In this document: in pieces, positions 39,322 to 53,193 of the stretch
How the letters are laid out: every line of letters begins with the position of its first letter
How positions within the stretch are numbered: the stretch's first letter is position 1
Assembly: GCA_025603075.1 (NCBI GenBank)
Contig: MU626282.1
Span: forward strand, 1-64,000
Source of the DNA: Neoconidiobolus thromboides FSU 785
Taxonomy: Eukaryota > Fungi > Entomophthoromycota
Reading direction: 5' to 3'
DNA length: 64,000 nt
Made by a program: the position numbers and the translations under genes
Notes under the pieces: model-generated
The model's input: the letters and a program-made list of their open reading frames with translations, nothing else
What the model was told of the DNA's origin: nothing
Database searches by the model: none

Positions 39322-40143
39322 TGTAATTCAATATTAAAAAAGAAATCGATTTAAATTTTGGTTTGGACATTAATCTGATTTAATCCTTTTTGATTGAATC
39401 AAAAATTCACTTAATTTCAAGTTTTTCATTTCAGTGATTTCAATTTAGTCCCAATTTTAATATTAAACTCTTCACTTTCTCATTTCGATTTTACTTCAAA
39501 ATCCAAGGAATCAAAATATTGAAAGAAATCCAACTTTAATATATATACATGAAACAGTTTTGTAATGTCATTGCTTTTTTTATTTTTTAAGTATAATTGA
39601 GTAGAAAAGATACTAAGAAATTTCTTCAAAAAAATCATCATAATATTGATAAGAAATGCCTCTCAGGTATGGTTGGTCAGCTTGTAACTTTTTCAGAGAA
39701 TGAAATTAAAAAGACAATGATCGAATGATAATTTATTCAACTTGAAATCTAGTTGTTATGATTTGCTCCATTGATGCTCTAATTGATAATAAGTCTAGAG
39801 TTCAATCTCTATTAAAAGTATTTCCTTTTTTTATTGTTTATTTTTATCAAATGCTAGGTTTAAATTAAAGTTTTTTAATAAAGCATAACGCAAAGTTATT
39901 GAAAAACTATCAAAACTATTTTTTATAAATTACTAGTAATTAAAGATTAGAAATTGTTAAAATTTTATACAAATTGTTATTTTTATACAAAATAGTTGAC
40001 ATTCTAGTAAAATTAGTGCAACTTTATTACCTAATCAAGTAAATTAATTTTATTCGCTGGTTCTAATTTGAATTTCGTAGTTTAGTAATTTATGCTTAGT
40101 CATTCAAAGTAAAGTTCAAACTTTTAATTTTTTAATTTTAAAA

Positions 40144-41845
40144 ATGTCTACTACATTAACAATAACCTTTCCAAACCCCAATGGCATTGGTATTAAAAAT
40201 CATCTATTTAAAGGAGGCCCAGGTACTTTATTAGCTCAGATAATAGAAGATGTTTGTAATAAATATCAATTGGGTGAACCGGATGGTTTTGCTTTAGAGT
40301 AAGTTAAAATTAGCTATATCTATTTTAATTAATTATTACTTTTAGATATAACAAAAAAATTTTAGACTCTTCTTTATCATTAAGGTTCTCAAATTTAAAA
40401 ACAAATTCAAAATTAAACCTTGTCAAAGTAGCTTCAAAAAAGAAAAGTAAGTTTATTACAAATATTGAAATTCGTTTAAATTTATATTCTATTTAGATGG
40501 CAATTCATTTGTAGAAATAGCATTACAGTGGGATAGTAATCGATTTATTGAAAAATTTAGAACCAGTACTACTTTATTAGATATGTTAAATCAATTCGAT
40601 AAAAAATACAATAAGTAAATATAGTTGTAAATTTAATTATATATTTTAATAATTTTTTTTAGTGATTCAGAATCAAATTTATTACAATGTGATGATCAAG
40701 GAAATTGGCTATCTCCCTCATGTCATATCTTAAATAGGGTTGTTTTTGGTCTTAAAGATTTATCTACTACAACTTTTCAAAGTTTAGGTCTTCAAAATGG
40801 TAACGCTTTAGTCCGTTTGACTTTTAAAAATAGCTTGGATAATATACAATTAGTCAAAGAAAAATTGAATGAAATTGATAATATGAATAGTCGAGGCGTA
40901 AATACCGAAAATACTTTAAATGATTTTAAATTAAAGCCTGAAATTAAGCCTGGAATGAACTTACTTGCTGATAAAAAAGAAAATGTATTAGTTAATCAAA
41001 TAATCGAAAGTAATATTCAACAAGGGAATGTAGCACTTAAAGCAGAGCATATTGAAAATAATGTTCAATCAAATCAAACAGCTGATAACTTTGGTGCTAA
41101 TGATAAAGGTAGAGATACTCATGTTTACCTTGCTCCGCCTAAAGGGTTACCCTATTCTAATCAAATACAGTTACCTGACTCAGCATTCGAATTAAGTCCA
41201 ACCGAGTTAAAATTGATGGTATCTCAACAACAAAATTCTACAAAGAAGATAATAGAAGGAGCACCATTGATGACAAAAGCTATGAGATCACAAGAAGAAC
41301 AAAAGAGAAGAGCCAAATACCCAAAGACTATTATAAGGATACGTTTACCTGATGGCGTTATTTTACAATTTACCTTTGGATCAGAAGAGTCATTTAAAGA
41401 ATTAATCAAAGAAATACAAAATTGTTTTATGGATGCTACCGCACCTTTTTACTTAATTCAATCCCCACCTTTAAAAAAGTTTAATAATTTAGAAAATAGT
41501 TCGTTCTATGATTTAAATTTATTCCCTGCTTCTCTTTTACATCTTAAATTTAATGACGCTAAATTTGGTACCATATCTTCTATCTTTTTAAACCAAGATA
41601 TTTTAAGTTTGGCCCAACCTTTACCTGAGTTACAGAATATTTCTGAGACTCTCAAAGCACCTCACACCTCCTTACAGAACAGTTCTAGTGCAGTAACGTC
41701 CATTTCTAATACTACGGACTATCTATCTTCAACTTCAACTCCAACTCCAGCTCGAACTCAGGATAAAGTAGAAGAAAAAGCTAAGCCTAATGATACAAAA
41801 TCTAAAATCTCAAAATGGATTAGGTTAAGTAAGCCTACTAATTAA
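40144..41845 (+). CDS. UBX-domain protein of the TUG/ASPSCR1 (Ubx4) family (multi-exon)
   Basis: N-terminal ubiquitin-like part (LDSSLSLRFSNL), FELSPTELK, PLMTKAMR, YPKTIIRIRLPDG, LFPASLL. Confidence 0.85.
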
Positions 41846-41924
41846 ATAGTTTATTTTTAGCTATTTTATTTTTATTTTTTATTTTCTTTAAAATGGTTAT
41901 AAAATATATTCAAGAAACAACTTT

Positions 41925-43085
41925 TTATTTAAGTTCATCCAAAGCTACTTTTAAATTAAATTCTTGTTGTCCATCGACTTTAACTAAAGCTCCTTTTTCA
42001 GTAATAATGGAAGAAATTAAATTAGCTGGAGTAACATCAAAAGCAGGGTTCCAAACATTAATTTTTTTATGACCAACTTGTACATCTACCAATTGGTTAT
42101 TTTTATCTAACCCAGATACTCGAGTCAACTCATCACTCTTTCTTTCTTCAATAGGAATATCCTTACCACTTAATGTATTCAAATCAATCGATGTGGTTGG
42201 AGCAGCTACAATAAACGGTATGTTGAAGTGTTTTGCAAGGATAGCCAACTGATAAGTACCAATCTTATTTGCAGTATCTCCATTATGTGCTACTCTATCT
42301 GCTCCTACAATAATAGCATCTACTTTAGAACCAGAAATTAAAAAGGCTGCCATACTATCTGTAATTAATGTGGAAGGCATATTTTCATAAGTTAATTCGT
42401 AAGCAGTTAATCTGCTTCCTTGATTATAAGGACGTGTTTCAGTACAATAAGCATGTCCCAATCTATTCTTTCCATGTAAACTACGTATGACTCCTAAAGC
42501 AGTACCATAACCAGCAGTAGCTAAAGACCCAGTATTACAATGGGTTAATACATTGATCTTTTCTTTATTTGGGTAATATTTTGACAACCAAGTTAAACCT
42601 GCTTCACCAATAGCCATATTATCTTTAACATCATTGACTAACATATCTTCAGCTGCATTTGTATAAGTTTCAATGATCTTGGAAGCAGTTTCATTTTCTA
42701 AATCTTTAACTAAGTTCCACAACTTTTCAGCAGCATCAAATAAATTGACTGCAGTTGGCCGAGAAGTCTTCAAATATTCTAAAGACTCATGAATAAAAGT
42801 GATAGCATCTTTAGCGCTTCTAAAATCTGAACTTCTTTTATGTAACTCGACTGCTAAAGTTAAAGCAGCAACTATGGCAATGGCTGGTGCGCCACGTACC
42901 TATATTTTTTAAAATCGAATGAGATTTGAATTTTCATAAATTACCTTCATACTTCTAATTACATGATGACCATCTTGGTTGGTTTTAACTTCCTCATAGA
43001 CAGTTGTATGTGGTAATAACAACTGATCCAATACCTTCAATTCTCCCCTTTTATAGTCAATAGCTTTTAAGGTTGCTTCGCTCAT
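41925..43085 (-). CDS. MRI1: Methylthioribose-1-phosphate isomerase (2 exons)
   Basis: [68 protein letters not shown]. Confidence 0.96.
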
Positions 43086-44088
43086 TAAAAATAGTTGTTT
43101 CAATTTGTTTTTCGAAAATTTAAAGCATGCTAAAGTTAATCCAATCAAATTTTCATATAGTATTGTGTATTTTTTTTATTACTATTATTTTATATATTAA
43201 AACAAATATAATTTGTTCCAAAAATTAAGGCTATCAAAATCGATAGGTCCTTTGAACATTTTTTAAAACTAATGTTTTTATAAATGTTGATACTGGGTTA
43301 TTGGCAACTTGTACTCAGTAGTTACTTCATTATACAAGGTAACAACCTCAGACAGAGACGGTAAAGAAAAATTTAGTCTAAATTTTGTTCCTTTTATAGT
43401 TTCAATTTTGGAGATTATAAAAAAATCCTCAAATCATCTCAGAGTTCATAAATTTAGCCTATGAAATTGAGCATAATTTATAAAGTGATGATTTTGATTT
43501 ACCTTATTTAACTCGAATTTTCTTGATTTTTTTAGTACTATGCACATAACTACTTTGAAATGATAAAGTTCTTATGCATATAATAAGGCTCACTTGTGAA
43601 GCATTGATGTAGCAATATGGTTTATAAATAAAATAAAATAAATTTTATATTAGTTCATTCCAAATAGATATCAAAAAATAAACATATCATTTTCTAATAC
43701 TATATAGTATCATTTATGATGAAATCGAATATGAATTATATATCTAATATATAATACTATATCATTAGTTACAATATTAGAAAACAAATACATACATAAA
43801 AATGATGTTGATTATACAAAATCTTTTTATTTGGTTTGACAATTATTTATTTATTTTTTTGTGCTAAATTAGTAGATTGTAGCAGATAAAAGCAAATTTA
43901 TTAGAAAATGTATTAAAAAATAATTTAAAATGCACTCGCAATTCAACTATGATTAAATAATGCTTAAACATAATGTTGTTACTAAGGTTACTTTTGAACA
44001 TATCTGGCATTATTTGGATTAGCAGGATATTGCAGAAACATATTAAAAGTATGATTGATGAGCCATTCTTAACTGTCTTTGATAGCTA

Positions 44089-47000
44089 TTAAAAATTTGT
44101 TAACTTTTCTTCGCGCTTTCCTTCTTTTTCGTTATTTTTAAATTTACTATACTCAACTGTAAGGTTATCAATCAACTCTAAAATATCTTTTCTTTTGATA
44201 GAAGACGGTATCAATCCACTCCATGCGTCATCATCATGGTGATTTAAAGTAATATTTTCATATTTTTCTGGGTTACTTAAAAACAGCCTTACATATTCCA
44301 AAAGGTATACTCCACAATCATAAAAGTTTTTTTGCAATGGTACTTTTGGTATAACTTCTTTTTTGAATAACCATGGGAGCACTGTATCTAGCTCATAATT
44401 CAATCTATCTTTTGCTTGTCTTGCTATGTACTCCCTAAGTATTTTTTTTGCTTCTAACTGTTTACCACCTAATGAGTCAAAAACTGCTAACCATGGAGGG
44501 CTTATTTTTTCGATTTCCTCGTTCCTTTCTTCTTCTTTTTTAATATTGTGAGTTTTTAGTATATCCTCTATTTTGTTGTATTTCTTTCTCTCAAACTTCT
44601 CAATGTCTTTTACGGTTTCAAATGCTACTTTCTTCAGTGGATGCTCTCTCTCTAAAGCTATTATATCTGCATTGATAAGTGTATCTAAGTCATTTTCCAA
44701 TTTATTAAGACAGTCAGCCTGCTTTACTATTAAATTCTCAGCTAAATTGTCTTCATTACTACTCTCATCACCAGAAACGCTTTGCGCTTCATTTAAAGCC
44801 TCCTGAAGCCTATCTCTTAGTTTCGATTTCTCGTCTATAAAGTTGTTAGATGAATCTAGTATCTTATCCTCAATTTTGCTCTCTTCATCATAGTTAAAAT
44901 AGGGAAACTCACCTGAGTCGGAAGATAATATGTTGTCATTTGGGTCTATTGATTCAACTTTGCTTTCGCTTTCCGAATTGAGCGCACCGTTAGGGGATGA
45001 TTCAAGCTTTCTAATAGCTTCTGAGTCACGAGACTTTTGAAATATATTACTCTTTTCTTCTATAATAATTTCTAAATTATTGCTATGATCATTTTTTTGA
45101 ATTCTAAATGCTTTACTAAAATCACTTTCTTTTGATTTGTTTAAAATATCAAGAGATGAATTTGACTCAACTTTTTTGGTTCCAATATCACTATGCTTAT
45201 TACTGTCTAGTTGTGCTAATATCGATCGGATATATGATCCACCAGGGGGTTTTAAATTCGAAGAGAGTCTTGGTATAAATCCATCCTTCGTTTCAGAATT
45301 TGTCGCCTGGATGTCAATCTCTTTTCTATTAATAAGCTCATGGTACTCTTCAAATCGATCAAGCCCCCCAATAATTACAATATACCAATGGAAATTTTCA
45401 TTAATTGGTATAAATAGATATTTACTTTTAAAAAAGTCAATTTTTCTCCCCCATTTTTTAACACTGTTAAATGCTTCATCTGGATTGTTTGGGAATAACG
45501 ATAACTTTCCATATAAGAATGAAGATAAACTATGAACATGGTCTTTCAAATCGGGGCGGTACTTTTCAAATTGATTTAAAATATATCTTAAATAAAACTC
45601 AATAACATTATCATTTAGAAATGTATTTGGTCTTAATAGTCGTTGATCTTCTGTATAGATACTGACTTGATTATGCCCTTTAAATGGATACACAAAATGT
45701 AACTTGTTTTTAGGTTTCTTTTTATCAGTATTTACAATTGGGTCTGGATCTAAATCTACAATATCGTTACATTGATTTCTTCGAAGGCCATAGCTCCGTG
45801 TAATACTGGAAAAGGTTGTATTCATCTTATCTTTTAAAAACGGTCCACTATTTTGTAGTATTTTATCGGTTGTTGGAAGTTCATCATCTGATTTACTGTT
45901 ATTTTTCCTGGAAAGGTAATCATCGTTTGGACTCAGAGGACTTGATTCTTTGCTTAATTCAGGATACTTATGACTCGTAGATTTGCTAATACCAGGATTG
46001 AGGATATTTTTAATTGCCTCACTAATATCACTATAATTTCTTAGTTTATTAATACCATAGTTCTCAATAGATACTCCGAAATTTAAAACGACTTTTTCAA
46101 TGCCCTTTAAAAAACTCATCATATCTTTATAACTAGAAAAAATCAATCCAACGTTTATTTTATCTAATAATGAATACTAAATTTATTATATTTTTAGTTA
46201 TAAAAAAATATTTACTTTCATCTTTAATCTTAATAATGTTCTCTGTATAACAGATTTTAATCACCAAATCCCCTTCAATAGCCATAAAATTTACCTCTGT
46301 CAGCTCCCTCTTAGGCTCATTATTAAGTGATTCGTTTTCAAAACTAACTACTTTTAAGATCGGAAGCACCATATTTTCTTTCAGAACTAAAACTGAATAC
46401 ATTATCCAATGATTTTTGCTATCGATCTCCGTTCTATGGCTCTCATTAGAAATAATTACACCTTTAAGTTTATGTTCAGTATTATCAGGTTTGGTAGAAT
46501 CGAAAGGTTCAGTTATCTTTTGATAGATTTTATTCAAATCTGTAGCTGAGTCTGGCCCTAGTATTTCTTTGTTATATTCTTGTTTATTGGTATAGATTTT
46601 GTTTTGATTTATTAATGAAGGTTTTGTTTTTGGTTTAGCAGCATTTACATAATGAGAATTAGCATCCTTTAAACCATTTAATATTAATATATTCAATGAA
46701 AAATATTGATTACTCTATTACGCATTTGTGAACTACTGCTGAATTTACTAGGAGATACATGTGATCTTCCACTAAACTTTGCTCTGAGCTTTCCTATTTT
46801 GTTGTAAATATTTGAGCATACTTCAAATTTTATTTTAACACATCTTACCCTCAGGAGATTTAGAAAGGCTCTTTGAGTTATTAAATTCTTTAAGTAATTT
46901 GTTGTAATCTTCCAAATTACTTATTCTGCTACTGCTTTCGTTTATAGATAGCTTTTAAATGGTTAGATAAGCACTTCTAATTATTTTGTTGAGATTTTAC

Positions 47001-47799
47001 CTCTGGGATTGGCTTTGATGAAACTTCAGTTCCTAGTGGGTTAGTACCCCTTATCAATCCACTAATATTGGTTGAGTATCCATTTCTATGGTGAGATGTA
47101 TTTGCTCTTTTTAAATGTCCCATTTGTTTCTGAGGGGCCTAAAAACATAAATTAGAAAATATTATAGAAATTAATGTTTTTTATATCAACAATTCAAAAC
47201 CAATTCAAAATATTTAATCATATAAACTTGTAATTGATCAAATATATAATCAATTTTATTATTTCCAGCTAAAATTCGAATTAGTAATAATTTATGTAAT
47301 TAGCACTTACCCTTGAGCAAGTAGGCATGTCAATTGGATTTCCTCTTGGTTTGTTATTTACAACTACTTTTGAAACCGGTAGATTTGTAAAACCTCTCAT
47401 TGGGTTAAATTTGGGCGTATTCTTGATTTTTTCAATAGCACTAACTGCTTTATCTTCATTTAGATTTACATCAGAAAGCCTTCTTTTCCCTCTTAAATGA
47501 CTCCCAGTAATATCCTGTCTTTGAAACTTTAAATATTATCCTTCATATTTATAAAATCAGTTACTCTTCTAATAAAGATTCTTGAAACAAAATTTCATTC
47601 TTTATTTCATTTCCAACATGTGTAGAATTGGATTCTTGCATACGTGAATTATTATTATTTAATCTTCCTGACCTTGACCTAGGACTCTTTTTATTAAAAT
47701 ATATTAAAATTCCACGATAAAGCATAAAATATTTTTTAAACTTACATTTAACAATTGAATATCTTCCTCTTCGTCACTTATTGGAAAAATTCCACTCAT
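44089..47799 (-). CDS. Ulp2/SENP6-7-like SUMO protease (multi-exon; internal exon boundaries approximate)
   Basis: FLNDNVIEFY, SSFLYGKL, FIPINENFHW (His), FDSL (Asp), LQKNFYDCGVY (Gln/Cys); upstream exons from ATG 47799. Confidence 0.88.
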
Positions 47800-48118
47800 T
47801 TAGGTAAAAATAAGTTTTACTTTTTTTATAAAAATCATTCATTTTGCAAAAAAAAAACTAACCAATTATTTTCTAATTACCTATTTGTTTTGGTAAATTA
47901 ATAATTTAAGGTTAATCTGCCGAAGTTCTTACAAGCTTATTTGGTATATGAGCTTGATATGCTTAGTGTATTTATAGGGGGTGCAAATAGTGACTGTGAT
48001 ATACAAAAATAGTAGAGAGTAATAAAAACTAGGATCGTGGTCACTTCATACCGACTATCTATTTACTTTAACTAGATAGAATGCAGTATTAAAAAAACGC
48101 TTCATCTATACTCAAAAG

Positions 48119-48222
48119 ATATGAGTGTTTTTTTGACTTCAGTATTTTTTCTATTTTTTAAGCACTATTTAAGCAGAAAATTTGTTAGTAGAATTCTTAA
48201 ATACAAAAATGCATCCTCATAT
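48119..48222. mobile_element. MITE-like element, copy 11
   Basis: ATATGAGTGTTTT ... AAGCACTATTTAAGCAGAAA ... GCATCCTCATAT. Confidence 0.88.
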
Positions 48223-48407
48223 ATAAAAAAAGTTAATAAAATTAACTAAATGTTTTGAAGTTGAAATAAATTAATTATAGTTAACATTATTTTTGGTAAT
48301 TTATAAAAAAAATTAAATATTGATATATGTGTAGTTCAACTACAAAACAGTAAATATAAAATATTAAAATATATGAATGTCTAATATAAGTTTTTATTGA
48401 CGAATTT

Positions 48408-48995
48408 TTAGTTAAAAATAGCTGTAGATATCTTATTTTTTATGTTAAAGAATCGAGTGGTAGTAAAAGTACGATTGTGTTCTAACCAAAAATCATAACG
48501 TACAAATTTCTCATTTTTGATAAAAAACTGGATGTTGACATTGTCTTTGATTACATTCCACTGTTCAACTTTCCCATACAACTCATCCATACCATGGCCT
48601 GTGAATATTGCGTTATTAGTAATAAGCAATGATGGATCAATTAATGGAAAAGCAGGTGTTTTAAAGCGAAAATATTTAGCATCTTTGTTTCCTAATTCTA
48701 CAACCTTATTACTAACACCTTCACTAGTGACATTGCCAAAATCAAAGGATGAACTCATCAATATTCCTCCATCATAAGCACCATCAATACGAATCTTTTT
48801 ATCCTTATAAGAATGATAAAACATTCCAGCGGATACATGGCTCATGCTGATATTATTCCATTTGTGCTGCATAAAGTTGGCGGAAAAATTTACGTTAAGC
48901 TTGGGAGGTAATGGCTGATTAAAGTCGCCATCATAAACTTCTTTGGAGCAATAGATGCCGCTAGCTAATAAGATAATTATGTTAAAAATTTTCAT
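48408..48995 (-). CDS. Small secreted beta-rich protein (195 aa); ependymin/LolA-like fold suspected
   Basis: Signal peptide MKIFNIIILLASGIYC; PLPPKLNVNFSANFMQHKW, KKIRIDG, YDFW; N-glycosylation sequons NFS, NIS, NVT, NRT. Confidence 0.8.
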   Translation of the reverse strand: MKIFNIIILLASGIYCSKEVYDGDFNQPLPPKLNVNFSANFMQHKWNNISMSHVSAGMFYHSYKDKKIRIDGAYDGGILMSSSFDFGNVTSEGVSNKVVELGNKDAKYFRFKTPAFPLIDPSLLITNNAIFTGHGMDELYGKVEQWNVIKDNVNIQFFIKNEKFVRYDFWLEHNRTFTTTRFFNIKNKISTAIFN

Positions 48996-49921
48996 ATATA
49001 TTGGAATTTTTTAATCAGTATATTCAAAAAAAAACCTTTATATACCTATTTGATATAATATGCACTGTTTATTGACGTACAGTAACAAGCCTTGGTATTA
49101 AATCTGGTTTAACCATTTATTCTTTAAAGCTTAACAAACTATTATTCTTTAAAATCAAATAAGTCACCTATTCTTTTTTATCATCCTTAGTCCTAAGGGC
49201 GGATTTCATTTTAAAATAATGCTTATAAGTATCCTTTTCTTTTTGACATTTGTTTACTTTGAGTCTAAATTTAAAGATCTGTTAGCTAAATTTTTAAAGA
49301 AAAACATACATTATTTTAATAAATAGCCTTTTATGCTTTTTTCTAAAAAAAATACTTCAAAAGTAAAGCCCTCTAAGAGATTTATTAATAACTCATAATC
49401 AGAGAGGAAAAAGTAATAGGAAGAAAACAAAAGCCAAGGAGAGTTGTTTATTCTTTAATAACTGAAAAAGTGCGAAAAGGTTACCGTTATATATTTAAAG
49501 CTAATGGTGACTTTTTAATAAAAAGCACAAAAAACTAAGCGAAAAGTATTAGCTATATGTTAATTTATTCTTTTTAGATATAAGTAACTTACACACTATA
49601 TGAGTCTTAACTCTTAATAAGATTGAACTAAAAGACAAAATAACCTCACATAAAAATTTATACATTAAGTTAGCAATAGTTGAATATGAAAATATTAATT
49701 TTGTATCATAAATATAATGATGACTCATTTTTACAGTAACAAATAGTTAATATAAGTATTACATTATATTCACTTATTTAATGTAGTAGCTTCTAAAGCT
49801 ATCCATTTTCAAATTAGCGTATCCATGTCATATAAATAAGAGATAAAAAAGGCAATACATTTACTATATTAAATCAACCTTACAAAAAAGGGAAATTACT
49901 ATACAAGGATAGAGCATTAAC

Positions 49922-50024
49922 ATTTGGGGATGTTTTTCGGCTTCATCACTTTTTCCATCTTTTAAGCGCTATTTGAGTGGAAAGTTTGTTAGTAAAATTT
50001 TGAAAAGAAAAAATACATCCGTAT
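49922..50024. mobile_element. MITE-like element, copy 12
   Basis: TTTGGGGATGT ... AAGCGCTATTTGAGTGGAAA ... ACATCCGTAT. Confidence 0.88.
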
Positions 50025-50294
50025 CTATTAAAACTGATGTTAGCTTTCTTGAGAAAGCACTTAAATCAACGCTATAACCTCGAGTTTTTATTATATCTAT
50101 AAAATTGTTATAATATAAATAAAATATAAAGCAATATGAAATTTTTTGATTAATCATAGTTTGCCCGTATTTGCAAAATATGGTTATAAGTCCAATACCA
50201 GGGAGCTCCTATATTTAAAAAATTGGTTGTTATATCAATAATAAGCGTTTAAACTAAAGTATTGATTAGTTCAAACTACAAATTATTGAAAAAG

Positions 50295-50398
50295 AAAAGG
50301 AGTATTTTTTTTAATTTCATTATTTTTTCCATTTTTTAAGCGCTATTTAAGCGGAAAGATTGTTAGTGAAATTCTTAAGCACAAAAATACATCCCCAA
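50295..50398. mobile_element. MITE-like element, copy 13
   Basis: GGAGTATTTT ... AAGCGCTATTTAAGCGGAAA ... ACATCCCC. Confidence 0.88.
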
Positions 50399-50879
50399 AA
50401 GCTAGTCTATTTTATAACTATTATATTAGAAATCTATACATTTTTAAAGGATTTAATGACTTAATGGTTTATCAGCCTATATAAAGTAACATTTGTAATA
50501 TTGAGTTGACAATTAACAAGTAAAACCGTAACTAGGAAGAGTATGTAAATAAAAATCCTCTTGTATGATACTTTAAAAATGTATATAGATTTTAATAAAA
50601 CTCTTCAAGTATCTTAAAGTCAAAATATAGCAAAAATTTCAACATTATTATTTTCACTAATCAATCTGAAAAGTCAGTAATAAATGATGCTTTTTTTGAG
50701 AATAATGAAATTTTAAATTTTAAAATGCGTACTGTCCTTTTAAAAATGTATAAACCATAAACAAAGATAGTGTATAGCTCAATTATAAAATAGATGACCT
50801 GATGTGTTAAAATAAATTGACATTTAGCTACTAGTTTTCTTAACTTTTACTGTATCTAAAGACGATTTAAGGTTGCAAT

Positions 50880-51327
50880 ATTTAATATTAAAGAATTGGG
50901 CAGTACCATAAACATGGTTGTATTCTAGCTAAAAATCATAGTGTAGAAAGTTTTTATCTTTAATAAATTTCTAGATATTAATGTCGTTCTTAACTATATT
51001 TCATTGCTCAATTTTTCTTTATAACTCATCTTTACCATAGCCTGTAAATATCGCATTAATAGTAATATCTAACAATAGATCAATCAATGGAAATGTTAGT
51101 ATTGGAATTGATAATATAGTCCTTTTTTTCCATAATTTTGCGATTTGATTACTAACTCCTTCACTAGTAACATTAGTAAATTCAAATAACAAACTGATTA
51201 ATGCTCTTCCTTTATTAGCATCGTCAACCCGAATTTTCTTATTTTCATATGACAAATATGACCTTAAAAAAAGTCTAATATTCAAAAAAATTAGCGCAGT
51301 CAAATTCAGCATATAGAAATAAGACAA
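50880..51327 (-). pseudogene. Pseudogene paralog of the secreted protein 48408-48995
   Basis: KKIRVD, FTNVTSEGVSN, FPLID, NAIFTGYGKDEL*RKIEQ*NIVKNDINI*KFIK..HYDF*LEYN..FFNIK; four in-frame stops at positions of Y, W, Q, W in the intact gene. Confidence 0.88.
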
Positions 51328-52740
51328 TAAAAATTGTAATTAATAGTAGATATTTCTTGATACCTTTTCTACTTCTTGAATTACATCGATCCTTGTGTTG
51401 TCAAAAATTATCCATGATTTACATATGCTTTCGTTTTTATTAAAGATAACAACTAATTCTATAACGAATATAGCAAAATTAACACCTTTATATATTTCAT
51501 TAGACAAATGTTAATGTAGTATGTTATCTGGGAATATTGCAGTTATTAATGTCTGGTTTTATCCCTTATAGCTAGAAAGACTGTAGTGTTATATTTTCTA
51601 AATGATAATTAAAACCTGATTCATGAATACATATGCACTTTCGTTGATAGTAGAAAAGCCATTGACGAAGTGAGCTGTGCATTCCGCTCTTCTAGATGTT
51701 GCTAGTACTTCATTTATTTTATTTAAAACAACTTGAGCTTTAAAATATTACTTTTGATAAATTCAGCGCACTGTTTATTAAATTCTTTACCAAATCAACA
51801 TTCATTGAACTACATAGTATTTCCTGTATTTGCTTCATAGCGCATTTATTGTCTTCTTCATAACTCTTTTCAATCTCAAAAATTATCTGATCTATCATAC
51901 CAAAGCTATTTCTATGTTTATTCTGTTCCACTTACAAACCTCTTTTGGCCCTGTAATTTCTGTGCTATATTTTGATTCATTATACTATAGTTGTTTTATA
52001 CAAATGTATCGTCACTATCCTAAACTACTATTACTTCTATTATTTTAAGGCCCTTTGTCTCCTTTATTTCTTAAGCAATATAGTGATTTATTATGCTAGC
52101 TTCATGGTACTACTCAAGAAAAAATAATTTCAAAAGAAATTGAAGAAGTAGAAACAACAATGTCTCAAGATGATGACGAAGTGGTTATACAAAATGATTT
52201 AGCATGCTATACTATATAGGTATTTCATTCTCATTCTCCACTCTCCCTATCCCAAACCCTGAAATTTCTTCCAACTTCTTTCCACCATAAGTCATATTTA
52301 TAGAATTTCCCGGACTTTCCATAACTGGTTTATAGTTACAGTTGTTTCATAAATCAATTGTTGCCCCTTTTTCTTTTCCAGCATAAATTATATTGTTAAT
52401 TACTTCTGCATCTGAAATGATTGCCTTATAATTACATTTATTGTGTAATGACCTGACTACTTTTTTTGGACCCCTTCCTCCTTTAATAACAACATCTGCT
52501 ATCTGATTGTATCAATAAATAAAAAGTTTGTTGAGTATTTTATGCTCATATCATGGTCTTCCATTAGTATTAGTAAATGTTTTTGATTTCACTACCTACT
52601 TCAATATACATTTAAGAGCTTTTAGTACAACACTGTATTCTAATCAAAATTAGAAAATAGTTTGAAAGCCAGAAAGATGTAAATTTAAAACTAAAAAATA
52701 GAGTTCTAACTTCAAAGCTAAAAAATATCATACTTTCAAC

Positions 52741-52847
52741 ATATGGGGATGTATTTTTGTATTTAAGAATTTTACTAATAATTTTTCCACTCAAATAGCG
52801 CTTAAAAGATGGAAAAAGTAATGAAGCCAAAAAAAACACTCCCATAC
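52741..52847. mobile_element. MITE-like element, copy 14
   Basis: ATATGGGGATGT ... ACACTCCCATAC. Confidence 0.92.
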
Positions 52848-52902
52848 CACGGTCATCTTAGTAAAACAATAAAAATAGAAACAAATCTTTACTAAATAAT
52901 AC

Positions 52903-52975
52903 ATATGAGGATTTTTTTTGATTTTATTATTTTTCAAGTACTATTTGAATTATAAAATTTTAAATAGAAAAATAA
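52903..52975. mobile_element. MITE-like element, copy 15 (degenerate, internally deleted)
   Basis: ATATGAGGATTTTTTTTGATTTTATT ... CTATTTGA ... AAATTTTAAATAGAAAAAT. Confidence 0.55.
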
Positions 52976-53193
52976 ATAAAATGATATACAATAAGCATTT
53001 TAGTAATTTAAAAGACAAAGCAGTAGTTAAATTAATGTTTTTTAAATATATGTTAAATGATTTTTAAAATGCAGCAAAAAAGCAAATTTATCTAATATAT
53101 GTGCTTAGTACATAGAAAAAAACTAGAAAAACAAAGGTAGAAAAGGATTTAATAATAAAATTTATATGAATTACATAAGTTTTATATTAATAC

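Noticed and set aside
44300-45400. Large insertion inside the SUMO protease catalytic domain
   Set aside because: Split catalytic domains with low-complexity inserts are an established feature of Ulp2/SENP6/7-type enzymes; the triad is intact.
50880-51327. RIP as the cause of pseudogene decay
   Set aside because: The stops arise by the commonest single-step routes (one is a transversion) and I see no consistent CpA-to-TpA excess; CpG decay explains the repeats. A formal RIP index would be needed.
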